DNA of 24,809 bases from Nitrospira japonica (lineage in GTDB: Bacteria; Nitrospirota; Thermodesulfovibrionia; Thermodesulfovibrionales; SM23-35). Below, one piece after another: positions 7,041 to 15,272 of this stretch. The notes under the pieces were generated by a model that worked only from the letters and a program-made list of their open reading frames with translations, was not told the origin of the DNA and made no database searches. The stretch is from NCBI GenBank assembly GCA_020725385.1, contig DYFC01000011.1:1-24809 (forward strand), given 5' to 3'. The position numbers were made by a program, and so were the translations under genes. Every line of letters starts with the position of its first letter. Within the stretch, counting starts at the first letter, position 1.

Positions 7041-8288
7041 TTATTTGATTCTCAAACGTATTTTAAAGGTTGTCCCACTTTTTGATGGGTCAACTATAAT
7101 ACTACCACCATGAGAAATTATAATCTTGTGTACAATTGCAAGCCCGAGTCCTGTTCCTTTCTCTTTTGTTGTAAAAAAAGGGAGAAATATCTTGTTTCTT
7201 ATATCTTCTGATATACCATGACCTGTATCTGAAATTAAAATGTCAAGGAATTCTCCATCATGTGTATGTACAGGGCCACCCGTTATCCTGAGGCTTCCAC
7301 CGGAAGGCATTGATTCAATAGCATTCTGTATAAGATTGATAAACGCCTGGCGGAGTAAAACCTCATCACCCCTTAATAAAGGTAGATTGTCAAGTTCGAG
7401 GGTTTTTGAAATATCATTGCGTTCACCTGCCGATGCGTTCAAACAATCTTCGATAAGAAGTTTAATGTTAATATCCGTAATAGCAAGATTTGCGGGTTTT
7501 GAAAATGATAGAAAGTCAGAAATTATTCTGTCCATTACAGTTATTTCTTTGGAAATTGCATCAATTATAGGTCTTAAGGATTCATCGGACTTTTTTGAAA
7601 GAATTTTTGTATAACCTGCAATTACACCCATTGGATTTCGTAGCTCGTGGGCTATGCCGGCTGATATCTCACCGAGACTTGATAGTTTGTCCCTCAATTG
7701 AATCTGTGATTCTATTGCCTTGAGGTGTGTAAGATCAGTGAAAACAAGTATCTGGCCGATCGGCAATCCGTTGCTATCCTTTAAAGGTGAAAGAGTTAAC
7801 CCAAGCCATATTTTTCGTCCTTGTGGTGTTATATAACTAATTTCCTGCCTTTCGATAATTTTTCTGCTCTGGATTAATTCTTTAACAGGATCTTTAAATA
7901 CCTCGTGGCAGAATTTCCCGGTGGTATCCAAGCTGTTAATACCGAGTATTTTTTCTGCTGATTGATTGATTTTAGTTATTTTTAATTCATTATCAAAACT
8001 TATAACACCGCTCGGTACACTCTGGAGTATGTTTTCATTATATCCCTCTATTGCGATTACTTTATCTTCAGCTTTCTTCCTTAATAATTCCAATTCTTTT
8101 TCTTTTTCTTTTAATTTTCCCACAAGTTCATGAAATGTATCTACAACAAAGCTTACTTTGGACATGTCTTTTTCTTCTGTCTTCTTTTTGGCGGAGAAAT
8201 ATTTGATAAACATTCTGATAATATAAAAAATCAGGATAGCTACAATTAGAATAAAAATAGAATAAAGAATCATTAATTCGGGTGTCAT
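7041..8288 (-). CDS. Membrane-anchored PAS sensor histidine kinase (NtrB/PilS-like)
   Basis: One N-terminal TM helix, coiled coil, PAS (NILQSVPSGVISFD..INQSAEKILG), H-box AGIAHELRNP, NLIQNA, DTGHG, FFTTK, GTGLGL. Start overlaps the pilD stop (ATGA). Confidence 0.92.
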   Translation of the reverse strand: MTPELMILYSIFILIVAILIFYIIRMFIKYFSAKKKTEEKDMSKVSFVVDTFHELVGKLKEKEKELELLRKKAEDKVIAIEGYNENILQSVPSGVISFDNELKITKINQSAEKILGINSLDTTGKFCHEVFKDPVKELIQSRKIIERQEISYITPQGRKIWLGLTLSPLKDSNGLPIGQILVFTDLTHLKAIESQIQLRDKLSSLGEISAGIAHELRNPMGVIAGYTKILSKKSDESLRPIIDAISKEITVMDRIISDFLSFSKPANLAITDINIKLLIEDCLNASAGERNDISKTLELDNLPLLRGDEVLLRQAFINLIQNAIESMPSGGSLRITGGPVHTHDGEFLDILISDTGHGISEDIRNKIFLPFFTTKEKGTGLGLAIVHKIIISHGGSIIVDPSKSGTTFKIRLRIK

Positions 8289-9076
8289 CTTAATAATTTA
8301 CCAAGATACCAGAGGAGGATTTCCTGTCCATAAAATAGCGAGATAATTGAGCCGAATGCAAGGAAGGGACCAAAAGGGATTAAGGAACCTTTTTCTCTAC
8401 CACGAATAATCATTGAAATAATGCCGGCAATGGAACCTGTGAGGCTCCCTAAGAAAGTTGTAAGAATAATCCCTTTCCAGCCAATAACCGCTCCTACCAT
8501 TGCCATCATTTTTATATCACCGCCTCCCATTGCCTCTTTTTTGAATATTTTGCTACCGGCAAAAGCGATTAATGTATATAAAACAAAACCTGTAACAGAA
8601 CCTATAATGGAAGATTTCCATCCGAGAGCCGAAGATTTCATGAACGGGTCCGGAAGCAAAAAAGAACCGGTAATAAAGCCTATTAAAATTCCGGGGAGAG
8701 TTATCCTGTCGGGAATTATCTGGAAATCAAGATCAATGAAGGTGATAACAATAAGAGCAGAACAGAAAATAAAGTAAAAAATACTATGCCATTCAAAACC
8801 GAATCTATTAATAATAATAACATATAAAAATCCATTAAGAAATTCTACAAAAGGATATCTTAATGAAATATTTTTATTACAATATCTACATTTACCGCCA
8901 AGAAAAATATAGCTTAGAATTGGGATATTGTCATAAAACTTTATTGGAACATTACATGAAGGACATCTTGAAGCCGGCCATATAATTGAAAAATTTCTTG
9001 GAATTCTGTATATACATACATTTAAGAAAGAGCCTGTTATTAATCCGAAAATGAAAACAATTATATAGATAGACAT
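8285..9076 (-). CDS. pilD: Prepilin peptidase/N-methyltransferase
   Basis: GSFLNVCIYRIP, two CxxC pairs, catalytic Asp motifs FIDLDFQIIPD and MGGGDIKM, IPFGPFL. Confidence 0.95.
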   Translation of the reverse strand: MSIYIIVFIFGLITGSFLNVCIYRIPRNFSIIWPASRCPSCNVPIKFYDNIPILSYIFLGGKCRYCNKNISLRYPFVEFLNGFLYVIIINRFGFEWHSIFYFIFCSALIVITFIDLDFQIIPDRITLPGILIGFITGSFLLPDPFMKSSALGWKSSIIGSVTGFVLYTLIAFAGSKIFKKEAMGGGDIKMMAMVGAVIGWKGIILTTFLGSLTGSIAGIISMIIRGREKGSLIPFGPFLAFGSIISLFYGQEILLWYLGKLLR

Positions 9077-9097
9077 AATTAAAATAATGTCCTGATT

Positions 9098-9406
9098 TTA
9101 TAAGCTACTAATATCGGATACTTTTTTTCTGAGTTCATCAATTTCCTGATTCAAATGCTCAATTTCGTTTAGAGCTTCATTTATTGTTCTGTCTTTTATT
9201 ATATATTTTTCGGGTTGTCCTTTTAATTCAATTATTCTTTTGCCTATGGTTTTCATTAATTCATCTTTTTGTTTTTCCATTTTATTTGATTGGTAAAGAA
9301 GTTTTATAACCATGAGTTCTATTTTAATTCTTTCTGCAAATATTGCAGAGAACCATTTTATTTTTTCAATACCTCTTTCAAAGTTAATTTTAACTTTTCT
9401 CCACAT
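9098..9406 (-). CDS. Hypothetical coiled-coil protein (102 aa)
   Basis: SD GAGGT; co-oriented 21 nt upstream of pilD; heptad-like C-terminus INEALNEIEHLNQEIDELRKKV. Confidence 0.7.
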   Translation of the reverse strand: MWRKVKINFERGIEKIKWFSAIFAERIKIELMVIKLLYQSNKMEKQKDELMKTIGKRIIELKGQPEKYIIKDRTINEALNEIEHLNQEIDELRKKVSDISSL

Positions 9407-9677
9407 AATAACCTCTAAGAGACATTTTACATTTTTATACTAAATGATGCAATTTCATAACAATTATAATCAGTATAAATCAGACTAAAGACCGAAGAAC
9501 ACAGATTCACAATGGAAAAAATGCAAGATGCCTGAGTCTTTTATAATCATTCGGATGAAAATGTGTTAAGTATTACGTTCCGGCTGAAACAAGAAATCTT
9601 AATGCTTTACCAAATCATGGTAAACTGTTTATATGTGATTGTTTTTTTATAGTATGATGGTTATTGTATAAATTAGA

Positions 9678-10835
9678 ATGGAAAAAAGCAGGATAATCAT
9701 AACGTGTGCAAAAGGAATTACTCCTTTTTTGAAAGAGGAAATCCTGAAACTGGGATTTCCTGTAATCATGGAAACTGTTGCAGGTGTAATGACAGCGGGC
9801 ACTATTGAGGATACCATGAAGCTTAACCTATGGCTAAGAACAGGGCATAGGGTACTATTTTTAATAAAAGAATTCACTTCAAAAGATCCCGGAGAACTAT
9901 ATAAAAATCTGATAGAAATTCCATGGGAAGATTACATACCCGAGGATGGATATTTTTGTGTAACATCAAATGTTGATAATCCATACATAAAAGACTCAAG
10001 GTATGCAAATGTTAAGTGTAAAGATGCAATTGTTGATAGGATACGTTTGAAGAAAGGAAGAAGACCTGACTCGGGTCCTGAAAGGAATTCGATTGTAGTT
10101 AACCTGTACTGGAAGGGTAAAGATTGTTCAATTTATTTTGATACATCAGGAGAAGCATTATCTAAAAGAAATTATAGAAAAATACCTTTTAAAGCTCCTA
10201 TGCAGGAAACTCTTGCATCTGCCGTTATTTTGGCAACTAAATGGGATGGCAAAAGTCATTTTGTAAATCCAATGTGTGGAAGCGGCACCCTTGCAATTGA
10301 GGCTGCACTTATTGGTCTTAATAAACCTCCTGGAATTCATAGGAATAATTATAGCTTTATGCACATGAAAGGATTTAATTCAAACTACTGGAATCAACTA
10401 AAAACAGATGCTAAAAAGAATGCTTTGAGAGAACTAAATTATAAGATCATAGCATCCGATATAAGTGAAGAAGCAATTTCTGCTGCAAAGAAAAATGCAG
10501 CTACTGCAGGTGTTGAACATCTTATTGAATTTTTAGTGTGTGATTATTCTGAGACAAAAATTCCTGAAGGTGAAGGTGTTGTAATAATCAATCCCGAATA
10601 CGGTGAAAGAATGGGAAAAATGAAAGAGCTTGAGGATGTTTATAAAGGTATAGGCGATTTTTTTAAGCAGAAATGTACAGGATATAAAGGCTATATTTTT
10701 ACAGGCAATCTCGGGCTTGCCAAAAAAATTGGTTTAAAGACTTTCTGCAGAATACCTTTTTATAATGGTGATATTGAATGCCGTCTTTTGGGATATGAAT
10801 TATATAAAGGAAGTAAAAAGGATCAAGTGGAATAA
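9678..10835 (+). CDS. THUMP-domain class I SAM-dependent RNA methyltransferase (RlmL/YpsC-like)
   Basis: NLWLRTGHRVL, KCKDAIVD, DTSGEALSKRNYR, APMQETLASA, NPMCGSGT, NPEYGER. Confidence 0.9.
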   Translation: MEKSRIIITCAKGITPFLKEEILKLGFPVIMETVAGVMTAGTIEDTMKLNLWLRTGHRVLFLIKEFTSKDPGELYKNLIEIPWEDYIPEDGYFCVTSNVDNPYIKDSRYANVKCKDAIVDRIRLKKGRRPDSGPERNSIVVNLYWKGKDCSIYFDTSGEALSKRNYRKIPFKAPMQETLASAVILATKWDGKSHFVNPMCGSGTLAIEAALIGLNKPPGIHRNNYSFMHMKGFNSNYWNQLKTDAKKNALRELNYKIIASDISEEAISAAKKNAATAGVEHLIEFLVCDYSETKIPEGEGVVIINPEYGERMGKMKELEDVYKGIGDFFKQKCTGYKGYIFTGNLGLAKKIGLKTFCRIPFYNGDIECRLLGYELYKGSKKDQVE

Positions 10836-10901
10836 TCAACCCGGATAGTGCAGACAATTTAGGTAAACTTTTTATAGTATCTGACTTATCGTAAATAATT
10901 C

Positions 10902-12995
10902 TTATGCAGTTTTGAATAATTCAATTTTGCCTTTCCAGAAGGTCTCAAGAGATTTTCTCAATGAAGGGTAATTTTGTATTTCAGGGTCGGTTTCAATAAG
11001 TTTGAAAGCCTCATGTCTTGCTGATTTTAAGAGTTGATAATCTCTAATTATGTTTGCAGATTTAAGATCAGGTAACCCTGACTGTCTTGTTCCAAAGAAT
11101 TCACCGGGTCCTCTTATATCCAGATCTTCTTCTGCAATCTTAAAACCATCAGAGCTTTTTTCCATTATTTTTAATCTTCTCAATGCTTCTTCACCAACCG
11201 GTTCATAAGCTAATAATACACAATATGACTGATGTAAACCTCTGCCAATTCTTCCTCTTAATTGATGCAATTGCGATAGTCCAAATCTTTCAGCATGTAT
11301 AATAATCATCACAGTTGCATTTGGAACATCAACTCCAACTTCTATAACAGTTGTACTTACCAGAATATTAATATCACCATTTTTAAAAGCTGACATTATT
11401 TCTTCTCTTTCCTGAGGTTTCATTCTTCCATGAATAAGGCCTATTTTCAAAGATGGAAATATTTTCTCAAGCGCTTCTTTCCCTATAGTCGCTGATCTAA
11501 GGTCTATTTTTTCTGATTCTTCGATTACCGGATATACAACATAGACCTGTCTTCCTTTTTTTGTTTCATTATAAATTAGATTGTAAACAGTTCTTTTTTC
11601 GGATTCCCTGAAAACAATTGTTTTTACAGGCATTCTGTTTGGAGGTAGCTCATCAATTATTGAATAATCAAGGTCTCCGTATAATGTAAGAGCCAGAGTT
11701 CTTGGTATAGGTGTTGCTGTCATTACAAGAACATCGGGATTATATGCTTTCTTCCTAAGAAGTGCTCTTTGCATAACACCGAAACGATGCTGTTCATCTA
11801 TCACCGCCAAACCAAGTTTTTTGAATTTAATTCCTTCCTGAATTAATGCATGGGTTCCAACAACAATATCAGCCTCTCCATTTGCAATTATATCCAAAGG
11901 CTTATCTTTAACCCCGGAAGTTAGAAGACAAACTTTAATTCCTAATACGTTGACCAATCTGCAAATGTTAAGATAATGCTGCTCTGCGAGTATTTCTGTC
12001 GGCGCCATTAATGCTGACTGATAACCGCACTCTTTAGCAGTAATCATTGCCATTAAAGCGATGATTGTCTTTCCACACCCAACATCACCCTGAATCAAAC
12101 GATTCATTGGATGAGGTTTTTTCATATCATTCAGTATTTCATTAAATACTCGTTTCTGGGCATTAGTAAGTTGAAATGGAAGTCTGTGTAAAAGATTTTT
12201 TAATAATCTGCCATCAGGATTGAATGAAATGCCTTTTTCAATAACTTTTCTTTTTTTCAGTATAGCAAGTCCGAGTTGAAGCATGAAAAGTTCATCAAAA
12301 GAGATTCGCCTGTGATATTCGCTTAGACCTTTATTTAGTGAATCAATATCAGTACCTGTTTCAGGGAAGTGGACATTAAAAATACATTCATTTAGTCTGC
12401 GAAGTCCGTTTCTCTTTAATATGTCTTCAGGTATAACATCCTCTATATCATTGAGATGATTTTCCAATATATTAAACATAATGGTTCTCATCTGACGGAC
12501 TCCAAGTCCTTTTGTAACACTGTATATCGGCACAATACGATTTAAATGAATATGGGTTTCTGTGTTATCGGAAAGTATTTCATATTCAGGATTATCCATT
12601 TCAAAACCTGTTCCATAATAAGAATTTCTCTTAACAATTCCACATAAGAGAACATGGTCTCCTTTTCTGAAAACTTTTTTCATGTATGGTTGATTAAACC
12701 ATTTTGCTTTGAGAATTGCTGTGCCATCATTTATCAATAACTCAAAAATATGGAATTTCTTCTTAGGGGTTTTTATTAATTCAGATGAGATGATTGTGCC
12801 GGAAACTGTTTCAAGGTTACCGTATTTAAGATCGCATATTTTTTTTATATTACTGCGGTCTTCATATCTGTAAGGTAAAAAGTAAAGGGCATCTTGAATA
12901 CTTTTTATGCCAATTCGGGCAAGCAGTTTAGCCCTTTCAGGACCTACTCCTTTTATATATTGAAGGGAAAAATCACGCAGGTTTTTCGCCATCAT
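10902..12995 (-). CDS. recG: ATP-dependent DNA helicase RecG
   Basis: KGVGP and PYRYED in the N-terminus, QGDVGCGKT, MAPTEILAEQH, DEQHRFG, MTATPIPRT, QLHQLRGRIGRG, TRG motif DLDIRGPGEFFGTRQSG. Start is 12995 or 12992. Confidence 0.97.
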   Translation of the reverse strand: MMAKNLRDFSLQYIKGVGPERAKLLARIGIKSIQDALYFLPYRYEDRSNIKKICDLKYGNLETVSGTIISSELIKTPKKKFHIFELLINDGTAILKAKWFNQPYMKKVFRKGDHVLLCGIVKRNSYYGTGFEMDNPEYEILSDNTETHIHLNRIVPIYSVTKGLGVRQMRTIMFNILENHLNDIEDVIPEDILKRNGLRRLNECIFNVHFPETGTDIDSLNKGLSEYHRRISFDELFMLQLGLAILKKRKVIEKGISFNPDGRLLKNLLHRLPFQLTNAQKRVFNEILNDMKKPHPMNRLIQGDVGCGKTIIALMAMITAKECGYQSALMAPTEILAEQHYLNICRLVNVLGIKVCLLTSGVKDKPLDIIANGEADIVVGTHALIQEGIKFKKLGLAVIDEQHRFGVMQRALLRKKAYNPDVLVMTATPIPRTLALTLYGDLDYSIIDELPPNRMPVKTIVFRESEKRTVYNLIYNETKKGRQVYVVYPVIEESEKIDLRSATIGKEALEKIFPSLKIGLIHGRMKPQEREEIMSAFKNGDINILVSTTVIEVGVDVPNATVMIIIHAERFGLSQLHQLRGRIGRGLHQSYCVLLAYEPVGEEALRRLKIMEKSSDGFKIAEEDLDIRGPGEFFGTRQSGLPDLKSANIIRDYQLLKSARHEAFKLIETDPEIQNYPSLRKSLETFWKGKIELFKTA

Positions 12996-14073
12996 TAGAA
13001 GGCGTTGTGAATGTTTTATCAGCTTCTTCTATTTTCATTTTTGAGTATTCGGTTTCGCTTAGAATATCAATGTCCCATCCTGTGAGTTTCATCGCGAGCC
13101 TGACATTCTGTCCTCTTTTACCAATAGCTATAGAGAGCTGCTGATCATTAACTATGACCATAGCAGTCTTTGACTCTTCATTGATACCAATTCTGTCAAC
13201 AGTTGCCGGACTCAATGCTCTTGCTATAAGCTGTCTTGGATCCTCTGTCCAGTGGATAATGTCGATTCTTTCCCCGCGGAGTTCACGAACAATTAGTTGG
13301 ACTCTTGTGCCTTTCATGCCGACACAAGCTCCAACAGGATCAATCGCAGGATTTTTTGAGAATACGGATATTTTTGTTCTCTCCCCGGGTTCCCTTACGA
13401 TATTCTTAATTATTACGGTACCATCATTTATTTCCGGAACTTCCATTTTGAATAAAGATGCAACAAACTGTGGGTTAGTTCTTGAAAGCATTATTACAGG
13501 ACCTTTTGAAGTAATTCGTACGTCCTCAATATATGCTTTAACTGTATCGCCTCTCTTCAGATTTTCATTTGGCAAAGTTTCTTTTATGGGTAGAATTGCA
13601 TCTGTTTTGCCAAGATTGAGAAAATATAATCCTTTTTCTTTTCTCATTACCATTCCTGATACGACCTGACCTATTTTATCTCTGAACTCATTATAAATAG
13701 CATCTCTTTCAGCTTCTTTTACTCTCTGAAATATTACCTGTTTAGCTGTTTGTGCTGCAATTCTGCTGAAATCATGTAAATCTAAAGGCACATTTGCAAT
13801 ATTTCCTTCTATAGCATCTGGTTTAATTTTTGATGCTTCGGCAACTGAAATTTCTTCATCTTTATTAGTAACCTGTGTAACAATTTTTTTGATTTCATAT
13901 GCAGAGATGACACAGGTTTTAGGGTCAATTTTTAAATCTATATTTGTCCTTCCACCAAATTTTTTCCGTACAGCAGAAAGCAAAGCAGATCGTAAGGTTT
14001 CAATTAAGACCTCACGTGGAATTCCTTTTTCTCTGCTTATCTGGTCTATTACATAACAAAGTTCTTTGGACAT
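12973..14073 (-). CDS. nusA: Transcription termination/antitermination factor NusA (short form, no AR repeats)
   Basis: FSRIAAQTAKQVI, S1 domain, KH motifs DPVGACVGMKGTRV and AIGKRGQNVRLA. Confidence 0.97.
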   Translation of the reverse strand: MSKELCYVIDQISREKGIPREVLIETLRSALLSAVRKKFGGRTNIDLKIDPKTCVISAYEIKKIVTQVTNKDEEISVAEASKIKPDAIEGNIANVPLDLHDFSRIAAQTAKQVIFQRVKEAERDAIYNEFRDKIGQVVSGMVMRKEKGLYFLNLGKTDAILPIKETLPNENLKRGDTVKAYIEDVRITSKGPVIMLSRTNPQFVASLFKMEVPEINDGTVIIKNIVREPGERTKISVFSKNPAIDPVGACVGMKGTRVQLIVRELRGERIDIIHWTEDPRQLIARALSPATVDRIGINEESKTAMVIVNDQQLSIAIGKRGQNVRLAMKLTGWDIDILSETEYSKMKIEEADKTFTTPSNDGEKPA

Positions 14074-14525
14074 CAGATTTCTATCTCCAGATTCGCTTTT
14101 TTTATTTTATCAAATGGAATTTTAATCTCTTTTTCTTTTGTTACTATAACTATTTTATCATCCTGAACTCTTAAGATTTTTCCTATAAAAAAAGTCTGAT
14201 TATTTATTTTTTCTGTTGTTATAATTCTTGCGAGTTTAGCTATGTTATTTTCGAAATCCTTTAACTTTTTTAAAGGTCTGTTAAGACCCGGTGATGATAC
14301 TTCAAGAGTGTACGGGCCTTCAAAAGGGTCTTCTATATCAAGTAAGGCACTCAGACTTCTGCTGAAGTGCTCGCAGTCATCGAGTGTAACACCTTCGGGT
14401 TTATCAATCATAACACGTAAAAGCAATTTTCCTTTTCCGAGAATCTCAATATCAAATATATCAACAGAGTGCTGCTCAGCAATCTGTCTGGCAAGTAAGA
14501 AAACTTTTTGTTTAATCTCTTCCAT
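14073..14525 (-). CDS. rimP: Ribosome maturation factor RimP
   Basis: [30 protein letters not shown]; stop overlaps the nusA start. Confidence 0.96.
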   Translation of the reverse strand: MEEIKQKVFLLARQIAEQHSVDIFDIEILGKGKLLLRVMIDKPEGVTLDDCEHFSRSLSALLDIEDPFEGPYTLEVSSPGLNRPLKKLKDFENNIAKLARIITTEKINNQTFFIGKILRVQDDKIVIVTKEKEIKIPFDKIKKANLEIEI

Positions 14526-14601
14526 AGATTCTCAAATAAATATATTTATGATTTTATAATGCTTTCTTTTATTAATAATAATTTTATGTCAAACAGTATA
14601 T

Positions 14602-14631
14602 AAAACAAAAGAGTGGGACTGCCCACTCTTT
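14602..14631 (-). promoter_or_regulatory. rimP leader terminator-like hairpin (putative attenuator)
   Basis: Minus strand AAAGAGTGGG-CAGT-CCCACTCTTT-TGTTTT: 10-bp perfect stem plus U-tract about 80 nt upstream of rimP. Resembles the GAGTGGG..CCCACTC leader I recall upstream of rimP-nusA operons. Confidence 0.8.
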
Positions 14632-14655
14632 AAAATGTAAAAAGGACTTTAATTA

Positions 14656-14684
14656 ACTATACCAGTTTCGAATAAAAAAGTGAA
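14656..14684 (-). promoter_or_regulatory. Putative sigma-70 promoter of rimP-nusA-recG
   Basis: TTCACT(14684-14679)-N17-TATAGT(14661-14656) with extended -10 TG (TGGTATAGT); would place the start about 20 nt before the leader hairpin. Confidence 0.55.
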
Positions 14685-14717
14685 GGGGGCACCTCATTAA
14701 AAGAAAATGCCCCCCTT
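14674..14717 (-). terminator. Intrinsic terminator of the lipoprotein gene
   Basis: Minus strand AAGGGGGGCAT..14-nt loop..GTGCCCCCTT then CACTTTTTT, starting 14 nt after the stop codon at 14732. Confidence 0.75.
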
Positions 14718-14731
14718 TAATTTCATTAAAA

Positions 14732-14950
14732 TTATTTATGTGCAGGTGCTGCAGGTGCTTTAGGAGCCTCAGCCGGTTTTTCCGGTGCTGCAGGAGCTGC
14801 AGGTGCTGCAGGAGCCTCAGCCGGTTTTTCCGGTGCTGCAGGAGCTGCAGGTGCCGGTGCCTCCTGTTTAGGCTGCTCTGCTGGTTTGCAACCAATTGAG
14901 AATGCAACCAGTAACATTAATGATAATACTAATGCTATTATTTTCTTCAT
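14732..14950 (-). CDS. Small Pro/Ala-rich lipoprotein (72 aa)
   Basis: ATG at 14950 preceded by SD AAGGAGGTG. Signal peptide MKKIIALVLSLMLLVAFSIG-C (lipobox-like), followed by low-complexity APAAPAAPEKPAE repeats. Confidence 0.85.
   Translation of the reverse strand: MKKIIALVLSLMLLVAFSIGCKPAEQPKQEAPAPAAPAAPEKPAEAPAAPAAPAAPEKPAEAPKAPAAPAHK
14762..14854. repeat. In-frame tandem duplication, 45 bp identical, 48-bp period
   Basis: 14762-14806 is identical to 14810-14854; additional 9-bp GCAGG(T/A)GCT subunits. Confidence 0.95.
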
Positions 14951-14999
14951 TAAAATTTCACCTCCTTCCAATAATACTTGCTGAATATCTTAAAAAGAT

Positions 15000-15028
15000 A
15001 TTATATCAATAAAAAATTTGTCAATCAA
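15000..15028 (-). promoter_or_regulatory. Putative sigma-70 promoter of the lipoprotein gene
   Basis: TTGATT(15028-15023)-N17-TATAAT(15005-15000) with extended -10 (TGATATAAT). Confidence 0.6.
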
Positions 15029-15206
15029 AAAGACATGAAATTGTATAACTATTATAAAATAAAAATCAAGGAAAATTTGTCAATATATTTTTAAGTAAAT
15101 GGAAAAAAATATCTGTTGCTAAAAAAAATACTTTACTTTTCTTTGAATTTATGTTATTTATCTGAACCTGTTCATTTTGGAAAAGTGTTAAGAACAGAAT
15201 TTATAT

Positions 15207-15243
15207 AGGGGCGATTCCCGAAATTTATTCGGGAATCGCCCCT
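15207..15243. repeat. Perfect 16-bp inverted repeat (REP-like hairpin) upstream of acsE
   Basis: AGGGGCGATTCCCGAA-ATTTA-TTCGGGAATCGCCCCT; no U-tract on either side. Confidence 0.92.
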
Positions 15244-15272
15244 CATAGTCAGAAAGGAGCGGGTGTATCATT

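Noticed and set aside
9410-9677. Possible ncRNA or gene relic in the divergent spacer, including TTTACCA-N5-TGGTAAA at 9606-9624
   Set aside because: No recognisable RNA family or coding similarity; a lone 7-bp IR is too weak to call.
14653-14907. 84-aa His/Leu/Gln-rich minus-strand ORF
   Set aside because: Alternative-frame reading of the lipoprotein repeats; it runs through the terminator.
14951-14971. N-terminal extension MEGGEIL of the lipoprotein (likewise the TTG extensions at 16066 and 20756)
   Set aside because: The extensions contain the SD sequences of the downstream ATGs, which give better starts.
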